NCBI GenBank assembly: GCA_016182105.1
Contig: JACOXZ010000011.1
Span: forward strand, 1,218 to 65,217
From: Candidatus Liptonbacteria bacterium
GTDB taxonomy: Bacteria; Patescibacteriota; Minisyncoccia; UBA6257; 2-01-FULL-56-20
Direction of reading: 5' to 3'
DNA: 64,000 nucleotides
Shown: positions 18,619 to 28,206 of the stretch, piece by piece
Layout: each line of letters starts with the position of its first letter
How positions within the stretch are numbered: the first letter of the stretch is position 1
Program-made: the position numbers and the translations under genes
Notes under the pieces: generated by a model
Database searches by the model: none
Told to the model about the DNA's origin: nothing
What the model saw: the letters and a program-made list of their open reading frames with translations, nothing else

Positions 18619-19054
18619 TTTTCTTGTCGCATTTCTTATCGTTTCTTTTGCAGTAGTCCTTCAGCTGAAGATAGGCTTAATTTCAAGTTTGTATCCGAAT
18701 TTCACTTTGGCTGCTTTAATTGCCTCGGCCCTTTTTCTTGATTTCTCCGAACTGGGCTTTTTAGTTTTTTTTAGCGCCCTCATCTTAAACTGGCGGCCGG
18801 GTTTAAGTCCAGAGATTATGGTTTTAATCAGCCTGCCAATCACAGTTTCTGTTCTTAGAAGATTTTTGCCGGCCCAAGCGTGGATGAACCTCGTTCTTGC
18901 CCTCGTCCTCGGTCTCTTGGTTTTTTATTCCGCAGCCGGCTTTCAGAGTTTGGTCAAAAACTTTAATATTTTCTTAATAGACCTTACTATAAGCACGGTC
19001 GTTGCTGTCCCAACTTTTCTTATCCTTAAAACCCTCAATGCCTCGAAAATATAA
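18596..19054 (+). CDS. mreD: MreD-like small polytopic membrane protein
   Basis: Position between mreC and PBP2, 152 aa, all-hydrophobic. Confidence 0.4.
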   Translation: MPRRLKSNFLVAFLIVSFAVVLQLKIGLISSLYPNFTLAALIASALFLDFSELGFLVFFSALILNWRPGLSPEIMVLISLPITVSVLRRFLPAQAWMNLVLALVLGLLVFYSAAGFQSLVKNFNIFLIDLTISTVVAVPTFLILKTLNASKI

Positions 19055-20933
19055 AGCCAAAAATTTTACCGATTTCGAGGAGTCGTTAAATGGCGGCTCA
19101 CGCGAGGAAGTCATAGAGGTGCCCTTGAGCAGCCAGCCGCTTTTTTATACGGGCTTATTAATTTTTCTTTTTGCCGCGCTTGCCGTAGGCCGCGTTCTTT
19201 TCTTGGGTGTAGTCTCCGGCGAAATCTATAAAGCCAGGGCCGAGGCCAATTCTAGCGAGCTCGAGCGGCTTCAAGCGCCGAGGGGTCTCGTCTTCGCGAG
19301 AGGCGGAGAAGTTTTGGCAGAAAACCAGCCGGTTTTCCTGGCCGTCTTGAAGACCAGCGAATTTCTAAAAGACGAGTCTATCCAAGAAAAAACGCTTGCT
19401 TCAATCAAGGAGATTATGGGAATTGATAGAGAACTAGTCTGGAGTCTGATCAAAGAACGAGACCAAGAAAGAATAGGCGACCCAATTGTTCTTAGCGCCG
19501 ACCTAAGCCAAACTGAGCTAATTCAGCTTAAAAGCCTCAATTCCTTGTCCCTGGTCGTAGAGAGCGGTTTCAAGAGGAATTATCCGGACGGCCCAATTTT
19601 TTCTTCCATAATTGGCTATACCGGACTCCCTACCGCCCTAGATCTTAGAGAGAATGCCGAACTTACCGGCGTGGATTTTGTTGGCAAATCCGGCCTAGAG
19701 GCTTTTTACGATAAAGATCTCCGCGGAAAAAACGGATTTTTAGCGTATCTCCGCGATGCCAAAGGTGAAATCTTCGAAGAAAAAAAGGAGAGGCCAGTCG
19801 AGGCAGGAGCGGCTCTCAATTTAACAATTGACGCTGAATTTCAGCGCTATTTTTACCACAGGATGCAAGAGGGACTCACCTCATTAGGGAGAAACTCCGG
19901 CGTTGGTCTGGCGTTAAATCCGAGAAACGGCGAGGTTTTGGCCCTGATTAATTTACCGAGCTACGACCCCAATATTTTCTTGGCTCCAGAGAAAAACGAA
20001 GAGAGGTTGAAACTCTTGAATTCACCGGAGACGCCCCTGTTCAATCGGGCTATAAGCGGCACCTACAGCCCAGGTTCCACAATTAAGCCGCTCGTGGCTC
20101 TCGCGGCTTTGAGCGAAGGCGTGATCAACACCGAAAAACAAATTTATTCCCCAGGCTATCTTGAAATTCCGAATCCTTATGACCCCCAGAAACCCACTCT
20201 TTTCCTCGATTGGCGGCCCCAGGGCTGGGTGAATTTAGAGCGGGCCATTGCTCAGTCCTCGAACGTTTATTTCTACACTGTAGGCGGTGGCTTCGGCGAT
20301 ATTAAGGGGCTGGGGATCAAACGTTTAAACGACTGGTGGCAAAAATTTAATTTAGGAAAGCTCACTGGCATTGATTTACCTTGGGAGGCCAAGGGACTTT
20401 TGCCCACAGTCGAGGAAAAAGAAAAAAGAACCGGCACGCCCTGGCTTTTGGGCGATACTTATAACGTCTCAATTGGCCAGGGAGATCTCTTGCTTACTCC
20501 TCTTCAGATTTTAAACTACGTTGCCGCAATTGGAAACGGCGGGAAAATCTACCGGCCGTTTCTTGTCTCGAATTTCAAACACTCCGAAGTTGCTAGCGAC
20601 CTTTCTAATCTTCAAACTCAAATTTCTGAAGTGGAGAAAGGCATGAAGGCCGCAGTGAATTTTCCCTTAGGCACCGCCTACCTCCTTCACGATCTTCAGG
20701 TCTCGGTCGCTGCAAAAACCGGAACAGCCCAGATTTTGTCGAACACCCAGGCCAACGCCTTCTTTGTCGGTTTTATGCCGGCCGAGGATCCTGAAATTGT
20801 TATCCTGATTTTAGTTGAACGTTCGCGCGAAGGCAGTTTAAACACCGTGCCTATCGCTAAAGACGTGCTTAACTGGTACTACTTAAACCGGATCCCTCAC
20901 CCTTCAGAGATTTTATCTACGTCATCAAAATGA
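19002..20933 (+). CDS. mrdA: penicillin-binding protein 2 (transpeptidase)
   Basis: STIKP (SxxK), SSN and KTGTA motifs. The last 11 codons and the stop codon lie inside family-2 repeat F2-1. Confidence 0.8.
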   Translation: MLSQLFLSLKPSMPRKYKAKNFTDFEESLNGGSREEVIEVPLSSQPLFYTGLLIFLFAALAVGRVLFLGVVSGEIYKARAEANSSELERLQAPRGLVFARGGEVLAENQPVFLAVLKTSEFLKDESIQEKTLASIKEIMGIDRELVWSLIKERDQERIGDPIVLSADLSQTELIQLKSLNSLSLVVESGFKRNYPDGPIFSSIIGYTGLPTALDLRENAELTGVDFVGKSGLEAFYDKDLRGKNGFLAYLRDAKGEIFEEKKERPVEAGAALNLTIDAEFQRYFYHRMQEGLTSLGRNSGVGLALNPRNGEVLALINLPSYDPNIFLAPEKNEERLKLLNSPETPLFNRAISGTYSPGSTIKPLVALAALSEGVINTEKQIYSPGYLEIPNPYDPQKPTLFLDWRPQGWVNLERAIAQSSNVYFYTVGGGFGDIKGLGIKRLNDWWQKFNLGKLTGIDLPWEAKGLLPTVEEKEKRTGTPWLLGDTYNVSIGQGDLLLTPLQILNYVAAIGNGGKIYRPFLVSNFKHSEVASDLSNLQTQISEVEKGMKAAVNFPLGTAYLLHDLQVSVAAKTGTAQILSNTQANAFFVGFMPAEDPEIVILILVERSREGSLNTVPIAKDVLNWYYLNRIPHPSEILSTSSK

Positions 20934-21023
20934 GTACTACAGACAAGACGTTTCCTTTCAAAGTCGCTCGGCAAAAGAGATCACACCATGAAAAATCGTG
21001 CATGATCTCTGAATGGTGAGGGA
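20893..21023. repeat. family-2 miniature TIR element, copy F2-1 (about 131 bp; TIR ccctcacccttcagagat / atctctgaa.ggtgaggg)
   Basis: Homologous to the copies at 34724 and 62973. It ends at an ATG. Confidence 0.8.
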
Positions 21024-21364
21024 TGATTCAAAAATTTATTCGATTTAAAATCACAAGCGCTGCTTTCTTCGCGAGTTTGACACTGGTTTTAAGTGGATGG
21101 CTTTGGGCCTATTTTTCGTTAAGAAATCTCCCGCCACCCTATATTCTTAGGTTTGTGAGCAATCTTGGTGTGACCCAATTAGGCGATCTTCAAGACATTG
21201 CCGCCGCCGGAGCCGTGGCCATGATAAGCGTGCTTTTGAATTTTATACTGGCTTTTGAGCTTGAGACCAAAGCAAAGTTTTTAGCGAAACTCCTGACTTT
21301 TTCAACCCTGACTTTTGCCGCCTTGATTTTCATCGGCTTCGCCGCTATTATTAGCGTCAACTAG
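21023..21364 (+). CDS. hypothetical small membrane protein
   Basis: 113 aa with three hydrophobic segments. The start is supplied by the end of F2-1. Confidence 0.35.
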   Translation: MIQKFIRFKITSAAFFASLTLVLSGWLWAYFSLRNLPPPYILRFVSNLGVTQLGDLQDIAAAGAVAMISVLLNFILAFELETKAKFLAKLLTFSTLTFAALIFIGFAAIISVN

Positions 21365-21445
21365 TGGATAGTGTGCTAGTGACTAGTGACTAGCGCACTA
21401 GCCACCAACGTACTAGTCACTAATGCACTAGTCACTAACTCTCAT

Positions 21446-21757
21446 ATGTCCACATTTGCAATTATCGAAACCGGCGGCAAGCAATACAAAGTTTCTGCCG
21501 GGGACAAAATCAAGATTGAAAAAATCTCTAGGAAAGTGGGCGAGAGTTTTGATTTCGATAAAGTGCTCCTCAAGGCCGACGGAGCGAGCGTGGAGGTAGG
21601 CGCGCCGTACCTCACGGGCGTGAAGGTGGAGGCGACGGTTTTGCGCCAGGCGCGCGACAAGAAAAAAATCGTCTTTAGGTACCACCCAAAAACTCGTTAC
21701 CGAAAGAAGAAAGGACATAGACAGTTCTTTACCGAAGTACAGATTGGGAAGATTTGA
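21446..21757 (+). CDS. rplU: 50S ribosomal protein L21
   Basis: MSTFAIIETGGKQYKV. The ORF-track start at 21386 reads through an upstream actagtcac word repeat. Confidence 0.85.
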   Translation: MSTFAIIETGGKQYKVSAGDKIKIEKISRKVGESFDFDKVLLKADGASVEVGAPYLTGVKVEATVLRQARDKKKIVFRYHPKTRYRKKKGHRQFFTEVQIGKI

Positions 21758-21884
21758 AAGCCCCGCCTTCGTCCGTAAGGACTTCGGCGGGGTGCTCGAT
21801 TTCGTGATCTCGCTTCGCTCGAACGAAATCGGCAAAGGGGCATCGGCAACATTTTACGGAAGTTAAGATAGAGAAAATATAAAA

Positions 21885-21912
21885 CCGTCCGCCTCAGGCG
21901 GACGGTTTTTTT
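21885..21912. terminator. bidirectional rho-independent terminator between rplU and pyrG
   Basis: Hairpin ccgtccgcc-tcag-gcggacgg flanked by T/A runs on both strands. Confidence 0.7.
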
Positions 21913-23533
21913 ATTTCTTCGCAATTGCCGCTTTAATGAACGCCACAAAAAGCGGATGCGGCGCCATTGGGCGCGATTTGAGCTCGGGGTGAAATTGGGT
22001 GCCTACGAAGAACGGATGGTTCTTCAGCTCGATGATTTCCACGAGATTTGTTTCAGGGTTCACACCGGAGAAAACTAAGCCTGCCTTCTCTAGCTTTTCT
22101 CGATACTTGTTGTTGAACTCATAGCGATGGCGGTGGCGCTCTCTCACCATATTTGTTCTATACGCTTTTTCGGCGATTGTGCCTTTCGTGATCCGGCACT
22201 TGTATGCGCCAAGCCGCATCGAGCCCCCGTAGTGTTCTTGGGCGATTTTCCGCGCTTGCTCCGGTAAAACAGCAATCACGGGGTGGGGCGTTTTGGGGTC
22301 GATTTCTGTGGTGTACGCGCCTTTGAGCTTGGCAATATGCCGCGCAAATTCGATTGTTGCAAGCTGCATTCCGTAGCAGAGGCCAAAGTAGGGGATTTTA
22401 TGCTCCCGCGCGTAGCCGATTACCTTGATTTTCCCTTCAATACCGCGGCCCCCAAATCCGCCAGGAACGATAATTCCGGCGTAGCTCTCCAAGGTCGTGA
22501 GGGCCCGGGGATTCGTCTCAAAGACCTCCGCGTTAATCCAATCGATCACCGGCTTCCGTCCAAGTTCCCAGGCCGCGTGCTTTATGGCTTCGATCACCGA
22601 GATATAAGAATCACTCAAAGTAAAGTCGCCGGTTGCGAAGTATTTGCCGACGATGCCGATCCTCACTGGTTTTTTAGCGCGCTGAATTTTTCTCTGGAGC
22701 TTACGCCAAGTTGAACCGTCTCTTTTTCGCGGCTTGAGGCTGAATTTTTTCAAAATTCGGTCGGCGAGTTTCTCCTTCTCAAAATTTAGCGGCACCTCGT
22801 AGATGTTTTTGATGTCGGGCGCCGAGATGATGTCTTCAGGCAAGACGTTGCAGAAGATTGAAATTTTTTCTTTGCGAGGTTTGTCAATCGGGATCACCGA
22901 GCGCGCGAGGATGATGTCTGGTTGTAGTCCGGCGGAGTTCAGGGTCCTCACGGCGTACTGGGTCGGTTTTGTTTTCATCTCGCCCAAATTTTGGGGTACG
23001 GGGAGGTAGCTCACGAGGACGAGGATGAGAGAGGCGGGATCTTTAAGCTTCATAATACGAGCGGCTTCAAGGAAAAGGAGGTTCTGGTACTCGCCAGCGG
23101 TGCCGCCTATCTCAACCAGCGCAAACTGCGCTTTGGATTTTTTGGCGGCAAGCTTGATGCGTCGGATGACCTCTTCCGGAATGTGCGGCACGACTTCCAC
23201 GCACTTGCCGCCGTACTCGAGCCGCCGCTCCCGGTCAATCACTGTCTGGTAGACTAATCCGGTCGTCATATAATTCGGCCGAAGGATATTCGTGTCGAGG
23301 AATCGTTCGTAGTTGCCGATATCCTGGTCACACTCGAGTCCGTCCTCGGTCACAAACACCTCCCCGTGCTCAACGGGGTTCATGGTGCCGGCATCAACGT
23401 TTATGTAGGGATCGATTTTGACTGCGGTGACTCGAAAGCCCCGGTCCTTAAGTAGGGCTGCAATGGCGGCAGAGCCGACGCCCTTGCCGATACCCGACAT
23501 TACACCACCCACAACGAAAATGTATCGCGTCAT
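21911..23533 (-). CDS. pyrG: CTP synthase
   Basis: N-terminal GGVMSGIGKG and a C-terminal glutamine amidotransferase domain with GLCYGMQ. Confidence 0.9.
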   Translation of the reverse strand: MTRYIFVVGGVMSGIGKGVGSAAIAALLKDRGFRVTAVKIDPYINVDAGTMNPVEHGEVFVTEDGLECDQDIGNYERFLDTNILRPNYMTTGLVYQTVIDRERRLEYGGKCVEVVPHIPEEVIRRIKLAAKKSKAQFALVEIGGTAGEYQNLLFLEAARIMKLKDPASLILVLVSYLPVPQNLGEMKTKPTQYAVRTLNSAGLQPDIILARSVIPIDKPRKEKISIFCNVLPEDIISAPDIKNIYEVPLNFEKEKLADRILKKFSLKPRKRDGSTWRKLQRKIQRAKKPVRIGIVGKYFATGDFTLSDSYISVIEAIKHAAWELGRKPVIDWINAEVFETNPRALTTLESYAGIIVPGGFGGRGIEGKIKVIGYAREHKIPYFGLCYGMQLATIEFARHIAKLKGAYTTEIDPKTPHPVIAVLPEQARKIAQEHYGGSMRLGAYKCRITKGTIAEKAYRTNMVRERHRHRYEFNNKYREKLEKAGLVFSGVNPETNLVEIIELKNHPFFVGTQFHPELKSRPMAPHPLFVAFIKAAIAKK

Positions 23534-23560
23534 AATTTAGGATGCGGTATAATTATAGCA

Positions 23561-23959
23561 ATGTCAGAAGAATCTTTTCCATCCTCTGATCATGTTGCGC
23601 TCGAGGCAGATTTAAAGCGGCTCACCCTTGAAATTCAGAGACAAGAAAAATTGCCCGAGAATCGGAATTTGGGCGGTGAAGCGCTCTTGAAGAAATCCTT
23701 GGTCTCGATCGCGCCCACTCCCGAAGAGGCGGGGCTGAAGAGCACGCCCTCTAAGGGCCCTCTCCCGGATTACGCGGAGACCTCCGGCGCCAAAACCAAA
23801 TTAGAAATAGAATATTTTCTGGACTTGGCTTTTCACCAAGGCCTTGACAGAGCCGTGAGAGAGGCGAGAAAGTCGAGCCCCTTTGTGCTTGACGCCTTCC
23901 ACGATGCTTTGGCTGGCAAGCTTTATCCTGAACTCAAAAAAAGGGGGATTCTAAAGTAA
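23561..23959 (+). CDS. hypothetical protein, stop/start overlap with the downstream ATPase
   Basis: 132 aa. It ends at taATGa overlapping the start at 23959. Confidence 0.35.
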   Translation: MSEESFPSSDHVALEADLKRLTLEIQRQEKLPENRNLGGEALLKKSLVSIAPTPEEAGLKSTPSKGPLPDYAETSGAKTKLEIEYFLDLAFHQGLDRAVREARKSSPFVLDAFHDALAGKLYPELKKRGILK

Positions 23960-26317
23960 TGACGGGTTTTTATCTCCTTTTAGGGCTTCTTGCAGCAGTA
24001 CTCATAGGCGGCTTTTATTTTTTGCGTCTTATATCAAAAAGCCGCGCTTTACGGGAATCCCTGGACTTAGGCCTCCTTTTTATCAAAATCCCCAAAGAAG
24101 CCCTTCTCGCTGGCGCTCAAGAGAAAGAGGTGAAGCTTAAAGCGGAGCTCGCCAACTTCGAACAGCTACTGGCCAACCTCGCCTCTTTTAAAAAAACTTT
24201 TGTTTTTGAAGTGGCTGTTCCTCATGTGGGCGAGGAAATTCATTTTTATCTCGCCGTGCCCAAAGTCGCAATAGAGGCGGCGCGAAGCCAGGTTCAAAGC
24301 TTGTGGAGCGGAGCAAGCGTGGCTTTGGTTTCAGACGATTACAGCATTTTTAATCCTCAAGGGACAGTAGCATCTGCTTATCTTCTTCTTAAAGAAAATT
24401 ATAGCTTGCCCATTCGAACCTATAGCGAACTTAACGCCGATTCTTTTGCCTCAATTGTCGGCGCTTTCTCGAAGATCAGCGAAGTTGGCGAGGGAGCGGC
24501 CCTGCAGGTGGTCTTGAAGGGTGCTGGTCAGAACCCCAAGAAGAAAGTTCAGGGATTCATTCGGTTTTTGAAGCGAGGCGAAACATTGAAAAAAGTTTTT
24601 GGCCGTGAATCGGCTTTTGGTCTATCCGTAATAGGGGAGGCTCTAAATCCCGAAGAGCCGGCAAAAGAAAAGCAGGAAAAAGTTGTTGACGAAGAAGCTG
24701 TTCGGGCGCTTGAGGCTAAAATTTCTAAGCCTCTTTTTCAAGTAAACGTAAGGGTGGTTACATCCGCGCCCTCACCTTTTCAGGCTGACGGTATCTTAGA
24801 CGGCATCTTGGCCGGCTTTTCGCAGTTTGGGGCGCCCCGTCGGAACTCTTTTAAGATTGTTAAGCCCAAAAACACCGCGGAGATGGTTCGTAAGTTTATT
24901 TACCGGACCTTTGAGTCAGGCGAGACAATGATTTTATCGAGCGAAGAGGTGGCGAGCTTCTGTCATCTGCCAACTGCGGGAACCGAGATCCCGCGCGTGA
25001 TGTGGCTCAAGGCCAAAGAAGCAGCCCCGCCTTCAAATCTTCCGGCAAGCGGTGTTTTGATAGGCGAGAGCGTGTTCCGCGGGGAAGTCAAAAAGATTTA
25101 TCTCGCTGACGAAGACCGCCGGCGCCACGTCTATATGATCGGCCAGACCGGCACAGGCAAATCCACCCTCCTCGCCAATATGATTGCCCACGACATAAAA
25201 AAGGGCAAAGGCGTGGCTATGATTGACCCGCACGGCGATCTCACAGAGCACGTTTTAGGCCATATTCCCCAAAGCCGAAGGGAGGATTTAATCTATTTTA
25301 ACCCCTCGGATATTTTGAAGCCTTTAGGATTAAACATGCTTGACTACAATTTCGATAGGCCAGAGGAAAAAACTTTTATCGTAAACGAGATGCAGGGAAT
25401 TTTTAACAAGCTTTTTCCTCCGGAGACCATGGGCCCGATGTTCGAACAGTATATGAGAAACGCCCTACTGCTCCTTATGGAAGATATGCCTAATGAGAGA
25501 GCGACCCTGATTGAGGTGCCGAGGATTTTTACCGACCAATACTACCGCGAACGAAAACTCAAACGAATCAGAAATCCAGTTGTTATTGATTTTTGGGAAA
25601 AGGAGGCGGTTAAGGCCGGAGGCGAGGCATCGCTCGCCAACATGACTCCCTACGTCACCTCGAAGTTCAATAATTTTATTTCGAACGACTATATGCGGCC
25701 GATAATTGGCCAGATAAAATCAGCCTTTAATTTCCGCGAGGTGATGGATAGCGGCAAGATCCTGCTCGTGAACCTTTCCAAAGGCAGGATCGGCGACATA
25801 AACGCCGGCCTCTTAGGTATGATTTTCTCCGGCAAAATCCTTATGGCCGCCTTATCAAGGGTTGATATTACGGAAGCCGCAAAGCGCCGGGATTTCAATT
25901 TCTATATTGACGAATTCCAGAATTTCACGACGGATTCAATCAGCGTAATCCTCTCTGAGGCCAGAAAATACCGTTTATCAGTTTATTGCCCAGCTTACGG
26001 AAAAAATACGGGACGCGGTTTTCGGGAATGTGGGGTCGCAGGTTGTTTTTCGTGTGGGCGCGACTGACGCAGAGTTTTTAGTGAAGCAATTCGAGCCGAC
26101 CTTTAGCCAAAGCGATCTTTTAAACATTGATAACTTCAATGCCTATGTAAAGATGCTTGTTTCCGGCGAGACCGCGAAGCCATTTAACATAGAGACATAT
26201 CCCTTGGGCGTGGGCAGCCTTGAGGCCGCGGACGAGCTAAAAGTTTATTCACGAGAGAAATACGGAACGGAGCGCCAAGTTGTTGAAGAAGAAATTTATA
26301 AGAGGCTACGAGGCTAG
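23959..26317 (+). CDS. membrane-anchored P-loop ATPase of the TraD/VirD4/TrwB coupling-protein type, interrupted by a +1 frameshift near 25980
   Basis: N-terminal TM, Walker A GQTGTGKST, and EARKYRLS in frame 1. The conserved continuation IAQLTEKIRDAVFGNVGSQVVFRVGATDAEF is in the +1 frame (ORF 26030-26317). Confidence 0.55.
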
Positions 26318-26337
26318 ATTATGTTATAATAGCAATA

Positions 26338-26849
26338 TGAAAAATATGATTTTTAGCCGAAAGGGGATGACGACTTTTATGTCTATTATGATCGCGATCA
26401 TAGTGCTCGAGCTCGTGGGTATTTTCTATTTTGCTGAGAAGAAAGGTTTTTTGGGCGGGAAGCCGATTGTGCCGGTAACCGTGAGCCTGGTTTCCGAATC
26501 CCAGATTATTGATTACCTTAAGAAAAACCTGCTTGCGCCCTCGGTGGGCAGTTGCACCTACCGGACTTTGGGCGAGAGCGAGCTTACGGCGATGCCAGTT
26601 CATACCTATATTTGGGCTTTGTGTATTGATTTTTATTCAGACAAGACCGTTAGCAGTCCCGTTGATCTTATAGCAAGAACAAGGGATGGCGGAATTGAGA
26701 TTGCTTCACATAAAATACCAAACGAAGCAAACTATCGAAGAGATGTGAAAGACATTTTCCCTTCCCAGATTCAGAATCTAATTTTTGGCTATCCCGCAAG
26801 CGACAAGATAAAAGAAATGCAGACCGAACTTCCGAGACCGTACCTTTAA
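26338..26849 (+). CDS. hypothetical membrane-anchored protein
   Basis: MKNMIFSRKGMTTFMSIMIAIIVLELVGIFYF. No family recognised. Confidence 0.35.
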
Positions 26850-26874
26850 ATAGTTTCCTTGCGCCTTGATCTTT

Positions 26875-28152
26875 TTATCCGAGGCGGTCGTTCTGGGTGA
26901 AGATCTTTAAACCCTTAAGCCACAGGCGGAGCGCTGTCCATCGCGGCATGATCGAGAAAAGATAGTTCAGCTCAACAAGCCCCTTCAATATCCAGCCCCA
27001 AAATCCCGCGACAACCAGTGGCCCGATTTTAGCGACCGCGTACTTCCCGCCGACCGGAGTTATGTAGGGATACTCCATTGATTTATAAACTTTATGATCC
27101 GCAGTTTTAGTTAGGCCATTTTCCATTTTTATATCCTCGATTATGTTTTCTGAAACGACGTTGGCCTGTGATATCGCGGCTCGAGCCACGCTCGGAATCG
27201 GTTTTTCCGTTCGAGGATCGTAGAAACAGATCGTATCGCCTAACCCGTAGACTTTTGAGCGGAATTTTAAATCGGGAGTCTGCGGCAGGCATTCCATTTT
27301 GCCGCGAACAACCACTCGGCCGCGCGCCTCATTCTTTAAGGGCAGCTTTGAGAGGGCTTCCGCGGCTTTGATGCCTCCTGCCCAAATCAAGATATCAAAT
27401 GGTTCTATACGGCCGCTCGTGAGATATGCCTTCTTTTTCTCAACCCTAGTCAGAGATTCGTGAGCGAAGATCTTAACACCCACCCTTTTTAGCCGTTTCT
27501 CGACCAACTTAATAACCCTTGTGTCAAAACCAGGCAGGATCGTTCTCCCCGCTTCGATTATCGCGACCTCAAGTTCGCACTTCCTAAATTCTTTCTCGAG
27601 TTCGCCGCACCATACCTTGAGCTCTGAGGCGAGTTCAACGCCAGTTGCGCCGCCGCCCACAACGAGGATTTTAATATTCTCCTCACCGGCCATCCCTAAG
27701 TTCCAGACGGAGTCGCGGATACGGATAGCATCAGTAAAGGTTTTAAGCGCGAGAGCCGAAGACGCCAGGCCTGGAATATCGAAATAATTGACCTCCGCGC
27801 CCAAAGCGATAACAAGATAGTCGGCTAGAATTTTTTCTTTGCCCCCGAGAATTACTTCGCCACGGATAAGATCAGCGGCTGTGACTTCTTTCTGGAGGAA
27901 GGTGAGGCTTAGATTTTTAATAAGCGGTTTGATCTTATAGGCCGCGACTTCGTGAAGTTCGGCAATATTGGCCAGTGATTTGGAGGTCGTGGCCACTTCA
28001 TAAAGAAGCGGGGTGTAAGTATGGTGGTCGTTTCTATCAATCAAAACCACTTCATAATCTTTAAGGAGCTGAAGAGATCTTAATTTTTTGGAAATTTTGA
28101 TCGCGGCGCGTAGGCCGCCGAACCCAGCGCCCAAGATCACGATTTTTTTCAT
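26875..28152 (-). CDS. NAD(P)/FAD-dependent oxidoreductase (type II NADH dehydrogenase-like)
   Basis: Rossmann GxGxxG motifs MKKIVILGAGFGGL and VVGGGATGVE. Confidence 0.7.
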   Translation of the reverse strand: MKKIVILGAGFGGLRAAIKISKKLRSLQLLKDYEVVLIDRNDHHTYTPLLYEVATTSKSLANIAELHEVAAYKIKPLIKNLSLTFLQKEVTAADLIRGEVILGGKEKILADYLVIALGAEVNYFDIPGLASSALALKTFTDAIRIRDSVWNLGMAGEENIKILVVGGGATGVELASELKVWCGELEKEFRKCELEVAIIEAGRTILPGFDTRVIKLVEKRLKRVGVKIFAHESLTRVEKKKAYLTSGRIEPFDILIWAGGIKAAEALSKLPLKNEARGRVVVRGKMECLPQTPDLKFRSKVYGLGDTICFYDPRTEKPIPSVARAAISQANVVSENIIEDIKMENGLTKTADHKVYKSMEYPYITPVGGKYAVAKIGPLVVAGFWGWILKGLVELNYLFSIMPRWTALRLWLKGLKIFTQNDRLG

Positions 28153-28206
28153 TAGTCTTTAGTGTATAATTAAGTTTAATCTACCGGAAATTTTTTAGCT
28201 ATTCTA

